Shown: positions 43,407 to 56,195, numbered from the stretch's first letter. The stretch: 64,000 bases of DNA from Octopus vulgaris (GCA_951406725.2 OX597825.1:4960001-5024000), one strand, 5' to 3'. The notes: generated by a model from the sequence alone, not told the origin. Translations and numbers: made by a program.

Positions 43407-43922
43407 TCCAAAATAATTACGATTTTATATACATGTGATACTAAACAATGGCAGCAGACATTAACGAAGAAAGCGAACGGAGAATGAAAACGAAACAAAG
43501 ACACAAAATAAATCATAATGGCTTCCTATTTGTTTTGTGTGTTTTGTGTTTGCAATATTTTTTTTCCTCCATCGGAAAACTACTGACAAGTCGTCGTGGT
43601 ACGCGTTGCCCTCCTCCTCCGACTAATTTTACGACGTTTTCTTTTTTTCCTCCTCCTCCTCCTACTTCTTCTCCCCCTCCCTCTCTTTTTCTCCTTGCCT
43701 CGTCGGCGTTTTCATTTCGCCAGCCCCGTCGCAAATAAGTTTTCATTCCAAAAGTCTCTCTCTCCCCATCAAGTTCGTGGTTGCCGAGCCGATAAAAAGA
43801 TCAGCAGCACCACAAGGTATTGATTAGAACACGCTGCTAATAACCCACCCGCCCAGCGCTGTTATTATATACAAATATATATACGTATGAATGTACATGT
43901 GTGTATGTGTATATATTTGTAA

Positions 43923-43964
<42 letters not shown>

Positions 43965-44068
43965 ACATATATATATATATATATATATATTTATGAATGT
44001 ATGTATATATATATATATATATACGTATGCATATATATGTATATATATATATATATTGTATATATATG

Positions 44069-44099
<31 letters not shown>

Positions 44100-44577
44100 T
44101 TTTATATATACATATATGCATATATGTTTGAAGTTATAGATATATATAAGAAGACATATATGTGTATATGTCTGTATCTGTGTGTGTATGTATGTACGCA
44201 TGTATGTATGTATTAGGGATGTATGAAGGTATGTATGTATGTGTGTATGTGTGTGTGTGTGCGTGTGTGTGTGTGTGTGTGTGTCTGTGTGTGCGCGTAT
44301 GTATGTATGCAGCCAGAAAGAAAGAAATATTCAGTCTGCTTCTAGCTGTGAGTGTGTCCGTGTGTCATTATTTTTCTATTTAATATATCATCAACGTACT
44401 TATATCAGGTGATGTGTTTGTGTGATTATGTGTGTGCATGTAGATATGTATGTAGGCATGATTGCATGTATGTGTGTATGTATGCACAATTGCATGCAGG
44501 ATTGAATGTATGCATGATTGTATGCATGATTGTATGTGTGTATGTATGTATGCGGGATTACATGTATATATGTGTCC

Positions 44578-44581
<4 letters not shown>

Positions 44582-44610
<29 letters not shown>

Positions 44611-44778
44611 TGTATGTATGTATGTATGTATGTATGTATGTATGTATGTATGTATGTATGTATGTATGTATGGATGTATGTATGTATGTATGTATGTATG
44701 TATGCATGCATGCATGTATGTATGTATGTATGTATGTATGTATGTATGTATGCATGTATGTATGTATGTATGTATGTA
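44582..44778. repeat. (TATG)n microsatellite
   Basis: Directly visible. Confidence 0.95.
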
Positions 44779-45181
44779 TATTTTATCTTTTACTAGTTTC
44801 AGTCATTGGACTGCATCCATGCTAGGTTGTACCTTGAAGTATTCACTGGTACTTGTTCTATCGGTTTCTTCGCCGAACCGCTATGCTTAGAAGGAAGATT
44901 TTGATATTGAAGCTAAAAGAAAATAGTTGAACAGTTGCTCCGTATTTAACATATTTAAGGATACTTTTCATCATAAGCATAGTGCATTCCAAACGGTTTT
45001 TATTCCAACAAATTGCTATCTATGCTACTACGGCAACATGCGATTATTGCTACCACTTAGACAACGCAGTTTGAAGTTTACATCGATGCATTCATTTAAT
45101 ACAACCTACTTATATCATTTCAGTAGCCGCTTTTTCCAGTTTGAACAGAAGCAATGCGTGGACCATGCGGACAGTCGTACC

Positions 45182-45322
45182 TACCCCAGGAAAGGGGATT
45201 TTCTTCCTCCATTACTCATTATGTTAAAAATTTTATGAGAGTCTAAAACCATCTCTGGAACATAAGTAATGTATGTTCTAAGTTTGAAGAAAATCAGTTG
45301 CTAACTCCAGAAGTTCAGCGGG

Positions 45323-45356
<34 letters not shown>

Positions 45357-45644
45357 ATATATATATATATAGTAGAGTTAGAGAAATTAACTTAAGTACG
45401 TCATCAAGAGTAATGTCCCTTGACACAACGAAGCAACCAGATTATGCGATCGTTCGCATTGTTTACCCCGAAAAGGGGGTATTCTGCCCCCAGAGGCCCC
45501 ATTACTCATTATGTGAAAAGTTTTTAGAGTCTAAAACCATCTCTGGAACATAAGCAATGTATGTTCCCTTTTGGACAAAATCAATAGCGAAATCCAGAAG
45601 TTCTGCAGTTTACACCCACACCCACAAAAAACTCTCATATTCTG

Positions 45645-45690
<46 letters not shown>
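45182..45690 (+). mobile_element. Two tandem Helentron/HINE (DINE-1)-like units
   Basis: About 150-bp direct repeat (ccattactcattatg..gagtctaaaaccatctctggaacataag..tgtatgttc..aaaatca..tccagaagttc..tttacac), each followed by (CA)n and (TA)n; this layout recalls HINE-type elements. Confidence 0.5.
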
Positions 45691-45695
<5 letters not shown>

Positions 45696-45744
45696 TAAAT
45701 AAATGGAGTTGAACGCAGATGTTATTAAAATTCTTTTACTTTCG

Positions 45745-45783
<39 letters not shown>

Positions 45784-46860
45784 TGTATGTGTGTGTGTGT
45801 GCGTATGCATACGTGTATATAGTATGTAAGTATACATTTTTATACATACATTCATACCCTTTTATATATGTGCGCTTATCGTAAATCGTTTCTGGAATAA
45901 ATGAAATCTAGAATAAGCTTTTCCCTTGCGTTCCCGGTTCTTCATTTCCTTTTGACGTTAATCTTTTATATGTAACATGCACTCTAATGCACATTATATA
46001 ACATGTGTATATATATATATATATGTGTGTGAGTGTGGGTGCGTGTAAGTGGGTGTTGTTGCGTAAATTTTAATGTATATGAGAATATATGCTGTGGCAA
46101 ATTGAAATATAATATGCTGTATATTGTTACATATATTGCTAAATGTATTTCTCACTGAACCAACTTCGTATTAACCTATACTTTTTCACCTTCACACTCT
46201 TGAGTTAATTACAACAGTGTGTCATCTGAGAGGTTTAAGAAAGGAACTTCTCGTTTTCATTTATTTCATACGTTCTCCTATTCTTAAATATAATACCCGC
46301 CACGTCAATCTATCAACGCGGTACACAATACAATGTTCTACATAATATAAACCCATTAGATGAAGGGTAAAACATATTAGGTGTTACATAAATAATAATT
46401 AAAGTTGCATTATAGGAATTCGTATGAAATTGATGAAACGAAGCCTTGTATTGAGTATCTCGGTAGGAAATCTTGCACTCTAGAGTGCAAGCTGTGACAG
46501 ATTCGTTAATTATGAAACGAACCCTTATCTAGTTGGGAGCAGTGCCAAGCATACGGAGCTTCTTACTGCTGCATCAATGAGCCAGAAAGCTTCGTCGTTG
46601 TTGTCATAGCTACACCGTAGTACTTGTGACAGGATGTGAAATATTTATTATCCAGGTACTTTGATATATTATCAGCTTTTTGTTAACCCTAATTTCAATT
46701 ATGTTCTGGAGTGATAAGGTCGCCGATAGGGGAAAAAAGGCCACTTCAGACCAGAAGTTATATTCTATGTCGTGAAAATGTAAATTAGTATTTATGGAAT
46801 TTTGATTTAATGTCGGGTGACTTTTAGCCAAACCTATACATATATGTGTGTGTGTGTGTA

Positions 46861-46910
<50 letters not shown>

Positions 46911-46990
46911 GGTACAGTTAGGTATATTTGAAAAACGAAAAAGAATAACTTCATTCGCATTTCTAATCAAGATATTATTGAAAAAAAAAA

Positions 46991-47135
46991 TTTAATAATA
47001 TAAATTTTAGTTCATAGATCTAGTAAGTTCTTTTTTTAACTTGGGTGTGGAGTTTTGAGAATTTCTTTTTAAAATCTCCCACCCAAGTTAACAAAGAAAT
47101 TACTAGATCTATGAATTAAAATTGACATTATTAAA
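46991..47135. repeat. Imperfect foldback with about 65-bp arms
   Basis: aattttagttcatagatctagtaa..ttaacttgggtg vs cacccaagttaa..ttactagatctatgaattaaaatt. Confidence 0.85.
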
Positions 47136-47197
47136 AAATTTTAAAAATAATAAATTAAATTGATTAGAACTACCTGTCATTCCTTTTCTTTCTTCAA

Positions 47198-47228
<31 letters not shown>

Positions 47229-47842
47229 CATACATACATACATACATACATACATACATACATACATACATACATGCATACATACATATGTGTGTGTGTG
47301 TGTTTAATACAGAGAGAAGGGGGGGTAATGAGAGAAACAGAGATGTTTGCGAAGTAGATATAGAATATACGTTATCGTAGGTTATCGCAGGTTATCGTAG
47401 AGTAGCGTTTCCTTGTTGAACGACAAATGCATTTCGATGATTGAACAATTATAATTGTTGCTTATTTAATCAGTTTAGATAAAAAAAGAAATCAAAATAA
47501 ACAAGCGATTGTTACATTTAAATTACAAAATTTTAAAATCCGAACATTTTAATTAACATATGTCAATTATAGCCAGTTTTAAATATGTAAATCATTTAAA
47601 GATGAAAGTTTATGTGAACACCACTCAATTTAATTAAACTTCAGAAAAATGCATTTTAATTTTAATATTCTGTTTGAAGATTGAATCCCCAACCAAATAT
47701 TTCCGGGTTCTGTCCCACTCGGTGGTACATTGGGCAAATGGCCAAGCGAACTCCAAAACCTTGTGACTGGATTTGACAGACGGAAACTGAAAGAACCCAG
47801 TCGCATGTATATATATATATAATTAAATTATAATATTATACG

Positions 47843-47881
<39 letters not shown>

Positions 47882-47940
47882 ACGTATAATATTATAATTT
47901 AATTATTCATTTTAATTGATAAAAGGTGTTTTTTTTTCTA

Positions 47941-47983
<43 letters not shown>

Positions 47984-48529
47984 ATATTAGTTTTTAAATT
48001 AAAATGAATAATTAAATTATAATATTATACGGTTGCGGTTGTCACCCACTACCATTTCTCAACCGGTATTGGTTTGTTTACGCCTGAAAAATTTAGACGT
48101 TCGGCATAAGAGACCGATAGAATAAGGATCATGTTTATATAAAAAAAAAATATAAGTACGCGGATTGATTTGTGGCGACTGAACAGGGTCGTTCTCCAAT
48201 GGCTGAAACTTGGTAAACCTGTTCTTCGCAGTTAACGGTAATAAAATTTTGAACGGTTATATGAGCTTTCCGCGTCCAGAGACTTGAGAATAGAACAACA
48301 AAAGAAGTGACGCCAACGAGTGGTAATATCCCAATAAAACTGGACTAGAAACAAGCCATTGGAAACGAAAGCCTCAGACAAGAGAAGGACTCCACTGTAG
48401 TGAATATAAAAGCAAACACAAAAACAGATAGCAAACACGTCACACCCGAAAATCGAACCGGCTTAAGTGCTGTATGGTGAGAAAGTGGATCGTGTTCATA
48501 TAACCAACATACTCTACACAATATATTGG

Positions 48530-48822
48530 TCTCAAATTTTGGCACAAGGTCTGCAATTTTGGAGGGGTCAAGCCGATTACATCAACTCCCGTACTCAACT
48601 GATACTCATTTTATCAACTCCCGTACTCAACTGATACTCATTTTATCAACCTCGAAAGGCTGAAAGGTAAAGTCGACCTCGGCGGAATTTGAACTCAGAA
48701 CGTAGCGGCAAACGAAATACCTATTTCTTTATTGCCCAGGTGGCACCTTGGGCAACTGTCTTCTACTAAAGTCTCGGGCCTTGGGAGTGGATTTGGTAGA
48801 CTGAAACTGAAAGAAGGTCATC

Positions 48823-48893
<71 letters not shown>

Positions 48894-49168
48894 CACATAT
48901 ATGCGTGTGTGTATGTATGTATGTATGTATGTATGAGTGTGTATATGTTCATATGTTTGTGTGTCTGTGTTTGTCTCCCTACCATCACTTGACAACCGAT
49001 GCTGGTGTGTTTACGTCCCTGTAACTTAGCGGTTCGGCAGAACAGACCGATAAAATAAGTACTAGGCTTACAAAGAATAAGTCCTGGAGTCGATTATGTT
49101 CGACTAAAGGCGGTGCTCCAGCATGACCACAGTCAAAATAACTGAAACAAATAAAAGAATAAAAGAAT
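48530..49168. mobile_element. SINE A (minus, 48530-48730, with 32-bp tandem duplication 48581-48644) abutting a 5'-truncated SINE B (plus, 48738-49168)
   Basis: Family cores and aaaagaataaaagaat tail are visible. Confidence 0.85.
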
Positions 49169-50464
49169 ACAGAAATTTATATGCGTGCATATGAGTGAGT
49201 GTGTGTGTGTGTGCATATATGCGCATGCGCCCGTGTTTGCCCGTGTGAATACATGTAGAATGACATGCATTAAAATTCACGTTGTTTTACAATGTGCATT
49301 GAAATGAATATATTTAACTGTAATATATCATTTAATTTCATGCATATTTACATTGAAAGCTTATGAAAATAGAAGCCATGCTCAAATAGTCAGCCATGGC
49401 CGCGTGTGTAATTAAATCGCGATATATTAATATATACATCCGAACCACATGGATTCATAACCGCATGTAATAATAACCGAATATATTTCAAATTCATATC
49501 TCCCATCTTTGAAGATGATGGCGGCAGGGAAGATGCTGAACGGAATGATTGCATGGCGGCGTACATTTGCTGAAGATGGTAAGAATGATAACGATGGCCC
49601 GAAGACTGGTGTAGATCTCTCTATATTCATCTCTACATATGAAAAATATTGCATGCTTATGGAGAGAGTCAGTAAGTCATATGCATTCATGCATACATGC
49701 ATGCAAACACACATGTAGACGGTTATCGAATTTTCTCCACATCCTGTATATATAATGCTGACGTCATAACGATTTTGAAACTTTGAGAATGTGAAATAAT
49801 TCACTTTGGGGACGTTGAAACACGAATCTAATAAAGTTATGAATAATAAAATAACAGCGTTGAAGTATTCGGCTTTTTTGTCCAACGGGAGTTTAACCCA
49901 AAATTTACACGCAATTACCTATAGATTTATTTGATTCGAAATCCACCGTTCCACGAAAGAAACACACACACATACACACACACACACATCTATATAAAAG
50001 TAAATAATCTATTCTTCTACTCTTCAACTTGTTTCAGTCATTTGACTACAGCCATGCTGGAGTACCACCTTGAAGGGTTTTAGTCGAGCACATCGCCCAT
50101 AGGACTTATTTTTTTAAGCCTAGTACTTTTTCTAGTACTTGTAAATAGACTAACTCCATACATGTTATACATAGTGAACCATATCCCCATTTAATATATA
50201 AAAATTAATTCAATTAAAAATATGTATTTGTTTCTTTCGTTGTTCGAAAAAGTTCGTTTTCTATGTTCTTGTTTTTAGGTTCATGTTTTTTGACGCCCTG
50301 TACCCAGCAGAACGGCAGTCGTGCATGGCTGAAACGAATAAAGGAATATTAATTATTTCTAAAACAAGATTAGACTTTGTTTATCACACGGTTCTGACCC
50401 CTAAATAACATTGCAATTTCATTTGCGGATTCATGCACTTGAAGGATTTGGCGACAGCTGCGGA

Positions 50465-50743
50465 TCCCTTCTATCTCATGGTCGCACTGAATCATAAAAT
50501 CCCACAAGATCTTTGCATTATCATTTTCGATGATGGCTTCGGGTTTGTGGTCGTACCAATTTTTTCCACTGTCAAGTCCATACTCGTTACAAAGTGTCCA
50601 ATGGACAAGCCTGGATATATTGTCGTGGCATCACTTATATTCCTTCTGGGTTAGTGGCGTACATTAGCTGGTAATATGCCATACGGTTTCACCATTTTGT
50701 CCACAAATTCTGCACTTATCACTTTCTGGTGTGTTGTGTATTC
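50465..50743 (-). mobile_element. Dong/R4-clade LINE fragment: zinc knuckle and start of restriction-like endonuclease
   Basis: Minus strand reads DKCRICGQNGETVWHITS*CTPLTQKEYK*CHDNISRLVHWTLC..WYDHKPEAIIENDNAKILWDFMIQCDHEIE; abuts (ATT)n. Confidence 0.9.
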
Positions 50744-50748
50744 TATTC

Positions 50749-50803
<55 letters not shown>

Positions 50804-51792
50804 GCACTAAATTAAAGCAATATATACACTGAAAACGACTTTGAAGGCTTTATGTTTAAAAATACATTTTAGTTCTCTTTTAGTACTTCAACAAAGAATG
50901 GCTGACGCCATAATTAATTTACGGTCAAATTGAGTTGAAGAAAGATGCAGCTTTTGTGAAGTTAATTGTTATCTATTTGACTAAGGCAGGGCATGTCTAT
51001 CGATGTTCAGTGTGTCTTGCACTTTAATTAGGCAAATAAAACTCTGTCGCTATATTAATAACAATGTTACTTTGCGGTTAACTTTGACTTAATCTTATAT
51101 AGCTTTCATAATAGATAATATAATACTAATGATGGCAGATAATACAAGAGTTCTGGAAAGTTAGTTCAGGTAACTTCTATGGAAGGACAATAGTTTAGTA
51201 TGCAAGTGTACTAACAATTATGCGTAAATCAATTCTAAGTGGCCTTGAGAAATTTGTAAAACAGAACGAATGAAAGTATTCGTGGTAACTCAAATCTTAT
51301 ATCGCACAACTTTACAAAACCAATCTCAAAAAATACAGGAGTGAAAATTATTTCAAATTAAATACAGTAACATGCCACTACAGTATTTGTTTGGTAGATC
51401 GTACAATTGATCTGATAGCAATTAACGGTCTGGAGACTGCTTTTGGAAAAATTAACATGAAAAGAAATGCTTAGATCTAATCGAAGCTGTCGTTGCTCTA
51501 CTTTTGGTTGAGGAATTAGTTAATGTTGGTGACTCAAAAATCACTCATCTATCCCTCCATCTTTTTTGCTCACTCTTCCTGAGAGAACCGTGGGACCACA
51601 ATCCTCAGTACTTCTTCCATGGGGTTCTATTAGAAGTAGCTGTCATTAGACGTTTATGCGGGATACCCAAACTTGACCAACAAGATTTGCATATTCATGA
51701 CGGAAGTGAAAATAGACAAGAAAACCGAATTGAAACGAGTTTGACGTATCAAAAAACTAATGTGCTTTTACCCGAGCTGTTTATATACATAT

Positions 51793-51869
51793 ATAATAAT
51801 TTAATAAATAAAATATATGCATTCATACATACATATATGTACGTACCTACATCTACATGTACATATACA

Positions 51870-51945
<76 letters not shown>

Positions 51946-52375
51946 TACAGGACACCACAAATAAACGTAGAACTCAACGAGAAACGAAAACATAAAAACA
52001 AACTAGGAAACGGACTTTTTTTTAACAACGAAAAAACAGAGTACAAGACAAACAACACAAGGAATATTCCCCTTCATCAGCTGTCCCTGGTTCGACTCAA
52101 TGCGTGTTTCGAGGGTAAGGACAGAACACGACCCGTCGAACCAGTGCTTCCTGCAAAAGAATTAAATAAAATTCCTTTGCAGAGGGGTAAAACAAGGAAA
52201 GAAAAAAAATGTAACAAGAACAGGACGTAAAAGCAATACAAATAAAAATACAAATACAAATAAAAATACAAATACAAAAAATACAGTACACATAAAGAAT
52301 AAAAACAGGACAATGAAACCAACATTGAGGGCTATTTTTTAAGCCTAGACGATGGAAAAATTCAAAGCGCAGAAA
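51793..52375 (-). mobile_element. Non-autonomous ribozyme-bearing repeat with internal (TA)n
   Basis: Highly similar to 24905-25456; no real ORF; carries the permuted hammerhead and an upstream hairpin. Confidence 0.8.
52069..52144 (-). ncRNA. Candidate non-circularly permuted (pseudoknotted) hammerhead ribozyme, best-preserved copy
   Basis: Minus strand: CUGGUUCGAC-gggu-CGUGU-U-CUGUCC-uuac-CCUC-GAA-ACACG-cauuga-GUCGAACCAG-GGACAG-CUGAUGA-a-GGGG. Stem III 5 bp, stem I 6 bp, stem II 4 bp, clamp 10 bp; predicted cut between 52125 and 52124. Confidence 0.75.
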
Positions 52376-52483
52376 AAGTCGTGTTGACTTGTAGAAAGCT
52401 GCGAGTGAAAGGAAGTTGTTAGTCGACTCGGCAGTGAGAGAGATGAGGAGGAGTGAGAGAGAGATATAGAGAGGAAGATGGAC

Positions 52484-52583
<100 letters not shown>

Positions 52584-53322
52584 ATGTATATATGTATGTA
52601 TGTATATGTATATATAGGCAACAAATTGTGAACACATCATTTTTGCAGCTAGTTAATTTGGTATCATCAAGTAACAAAAGTCATTTATACTAACGTACAG
52701 ACATCGGTATTGCATTTAATCATCGAAGTAAATTTAAATCAATATTCAATATTTGAAATGTGATGACCGAGGTGACTAGATTCGGTTCGGAAAAATCGAT
52801 AGTCCGGAAATGCGTTGGAAACAAAAGGTTTCTGCAAATTGATACTGTACCACCCTATTGTATTGCTTGCAATGTGAAAGAAACAAAACCGTGTTGACGC
52901 AAATCCTGAATACTGCATTGACAAATGTAACAACCACGACATCAAATATCGGTTTCAAATTTTGTAGCACGAGGCCAGTAATTTCAGAGGAGAGGGCTAA
53001 GTTGGTTCCATTGACCTCAGTTTTCAATTGGTACATTTTTATCGACCCCAAAACACTGAACATAATAACAGATTTAACATTGAGAATATCAGTTGTACAT
53101 TGCATAACCTTAAGAGAACCAATCAACGTACAACCAATCATGCTAAAAATAAAAAAAAAACATGGTTCCAAATTTGGACACGAGGATAGCAAATTCGAGG
53201 GATGGGTATGTCGTCGATTTCGTCGACCCCCAATATTCAACTGGTACTTATTTGAACTCATAACATAAAGATAACATAAGCTTTCTGCCGGGCGCGCTAA
53301 CGATTCTGTCAGATCACCGCCT

Positions 53323-53512
<190 letters not shown>

Positions 53513-53679
53513 AATTCATTAATTTATTTATTTATTAATTTTTTAAATACATATTTTACCTTTGAATTTGCGTGTGTAATTTGGGAATGCATACAATGAG
53601 CTTCTCTGCCCTAGGTGTACGGAAGACACCCAGCGAGAAACGGAAGAAAATTAGAAGAAAGAAGGAAAAAATAAAAATA

Positions 53680-53813
53680 AAGAAGAAGAAGAAGAAGAAG
53701 AAGAAGAAGAAGAAGAAGAAGAAGAAGAAGAAGAAGAAGAAGAAGAAGAAGAAGAAGAAGAAGAAGAAGAAGAAGAAGAAGAAGAAGAAGAAGAAGAAGA
53801 AGAAGAAGAAGAA
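53680..53813. repeat. (AAG)n, about 44 pure units
   Basis: Directly visible. Confidence 0.95.
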
Positions 53814-54401
53814 GGCATTTAACGAAGAACATGTCGCATGACGTTCAACGCCGATCACTGGCGAAGATTTAACTGTAGGATGCTAATTGACTGTTTGGAA
53901 AATATTCAAAAATCGATTAAATAACAATTAATGAAACCAAAATTAATTACGGAGCTTCTGAGGAAGAGATGTAAAAATAATGCATTCGGTGATTAATGAA
54001 ATTGCATGCTTTATTGTCTCATATAAGTAATGTAATACCCTCACCTACCACCAGATAAATTTCTTCCCGGTGCTCATACTGCTTTCTACTATGGGCACAA
54101 CACCTGAAATTTGATGGGAGGGGGCTATTCAATATACATTGACCCCAGTGCTCAGGTAGTACTTATTTTATCGACCCCGAAAGGTAAAAAGATAGTCAAC
54201 CTTTACGAAATTTGAAATTTGCTCAAGGTTTTGTGCTGTGTGACTGAAACGAAGACCACATAGTTAGGAAGCACGCCGCCACTTACCACACAGCCACGCT
54301 TGATGATGTTGAGGTATGTACGTCTTGTGTTCCTAGATTTCATGTAACGGAAAACAACACCTAACTGATGTTGTTTTCACCATCTTAATATAATGAGAAA
54401 T

Positions 54402-54786
54402 GATGGAAGCACTCTGTCGGTTACGACGACGAGGGTTCCGGTTGATCCGATCAACGGAACATCCTGCTTGTGAAATTAACGTGTAAGTGGCTGAGCACTC
54501 CACAGACACGTGTACCCTTAACGCAGTTCTCGGGGATATTCAGGGTGACACAGAGAGTGACAAGGCCGGCCCTTTGAAATACAGGCACAACAGAAACAGG
54601 AAGTAAGAGTGAGAGAAAGTTGTGGTGAAAGAGTACAGCAGGGATCACCACCATCCCTGCCGGGGCATCGTGGAGCTTTAGGTGTTTTCGCTCAATAAAC
54701 ACTCACAACGCCCGGTTTGGGAATCGAAACCGCGATCCTACGACCGCGAGTCCGCTGCCCTAACCACTGGGCCATTGCACCTCCAC
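54402..54786 (-). mobile_element. SINE family C, full length with 12-bp TSD
   Basis: Minus head ggaggtgcaatggcccagtggttagggc..ggtttcgattccc (A and B boxes); ataatgagaaat duplicated at 54390-54401 and 54787-54798. Confidence 0.9.
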
Positions 54787-54798
54787 ATAATGAGAAAT

Positions 54799-55560
54799 AC
54801 CTTCTTAAGCTCCAAGATTAAAGAACTAACAAGTCCTAGAAGCTACAGACCATTAACCTGCTTTTGTAATACTTACAAAATATTAACTGCAACATTATCG
54901 CAGACATCTAGAAACAAACAAAAATAAAATGCTTATTTGCAGTTAGGTCAATAACTTATCAACTAAGCTTTAACTAAAAGCGGCAAAAACAGACAAACGG
55001 GTTTAAGCATTGAGACAACTGATTACCAGAAGGCTTTTGACAGTGTTTATTTTACAAGTAAATCTTGGAAATTTGAATAAGATGTCAGCATAATAAACAG
55101 GCACATTAAACATTCCAGGAGTAAACGACATGCAATTCTAGAGAAACAGACAAGATAAGGAATTATACAAATAAATCTGATCGCCATTAAGGAATATTCC
55201 GAAATATCATTCTTTATTCAATCTGTTTCTGGCTGACGTTAACACCGTTGGCTAACATTTTAAACCAAACTAGATTTGTGTAGAAATGTTATGAGCGGTC
55301 AGTCAACCAGCTTTAATACTTTGATATATGGATGATCTCGGCTTATGTGCTACAACTGGTTAACAGCTGAAAGGTCTATAACACGCAGTACGCATATTCA
55401 CCAGAGGAATTCATATGGTATTTACATAAAAAAAGAGAAAATACTCCAAGACAACCTGAAAAGATAGTTTATTATAAAAGGCCATTAATGCAATTTAAAT
55501 AAACAAATATAAAACAGAAAAAGAAATAGACCAAAGGCAAACTTAGAAATACTTAAAAAT
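54799..55560 (+). pseudogene. Decayed Dong/R4-like LINE reverse transcriptase
   Basis: Ordered motifs SYRPLTCFCNTYKILTA, DYQKAFDSV, GIF..LTLTPLANIL, YMDDL, KYL; many stops and frameshifts. Confidence 0.85.
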
Positions 55561-55829
55561 TAATGAAATGGACAGATGGAAATATGCACAAATAACAGCA
55601 AATATTGATTCCAATGTAAAATACTATGTAATCTGAAATTTAAAAACAAACTTATAATTTTCTTATGTTTTCTTAAACATTCTCTGGAACAATACTTTGT
55701 GCAGAACCAAATATGTGACACCCTAGGCATGTCACCAACTTGAATTTCTAATTTGTTGTCTCTTGAGATCTCTGAGTGAAACTTGGAGTCAAGTTGTATA
55801 AGTAGAAAGCAAAAGTCAAACATACACGT

Positions 55830-56195
55830 TTCTACTCTAAGCACAAGGCCTGAAATGTTTGTGGTAGGGCGCCAGTCGTTTAGATCGACCTTAGTAGGCA
55901 TCTGGTACAATAATTTACCGACCCCGAAAGAATGAAAGGCAAAGTCGACCTCGGTGGAATTTGAAGTCAGAACGTAAGGACAGTCGAAATACCGCTAAGC
56001 ATTTCGCCCGGCGTATTAACGATTCCGCCAGCTTGCCGCCTTAATAATAATAATTATTATTATTTCAAATTTTTGCCACCAGGGTAGCTCTGGGGAGGTA
56101 GAGATGAGTCGTTCAAATCGACCCCGAAGGATAAAAGGCAAAGTTCGTTTCAGCCGAATTCGAACTCAGAATGTAAAGTCGGACAAAATGCCATT
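55830..56195 (-). mobile_element. Two SINE family A copies
   Basis: gaccccgaaagaatgaaaggcaaagtcgacctcggtggaatttgaa..ccagcttgccgcctt, plus a deleted second unit. Confidence 0.85.

Noticed and set aside
42978-43487. 169-aa poly-Met/Thr ORF (and the antisense poly-Ile ORF)
   Set aside because: Pure translation of a (GAT/GAC)n array; no domain or splice support.
49560-49615. CTGAAGA-tggt..gcccGAAGAC hammerhead-like string
   Set aside because: No GAAA and no convincing stems I or III.
51504-51944. 146-aa ORF
   Set aside because: Non-ATG start, no recognisable domain, runs into repeat and (TA)n.
54690-54786. tRNA gene-like sequence (also the heads at 33611, 38672 and 57902)
   Set aside because: A/B boxes continue into SINE bodies, with a TSD in this copy; no complete cloverleaf.
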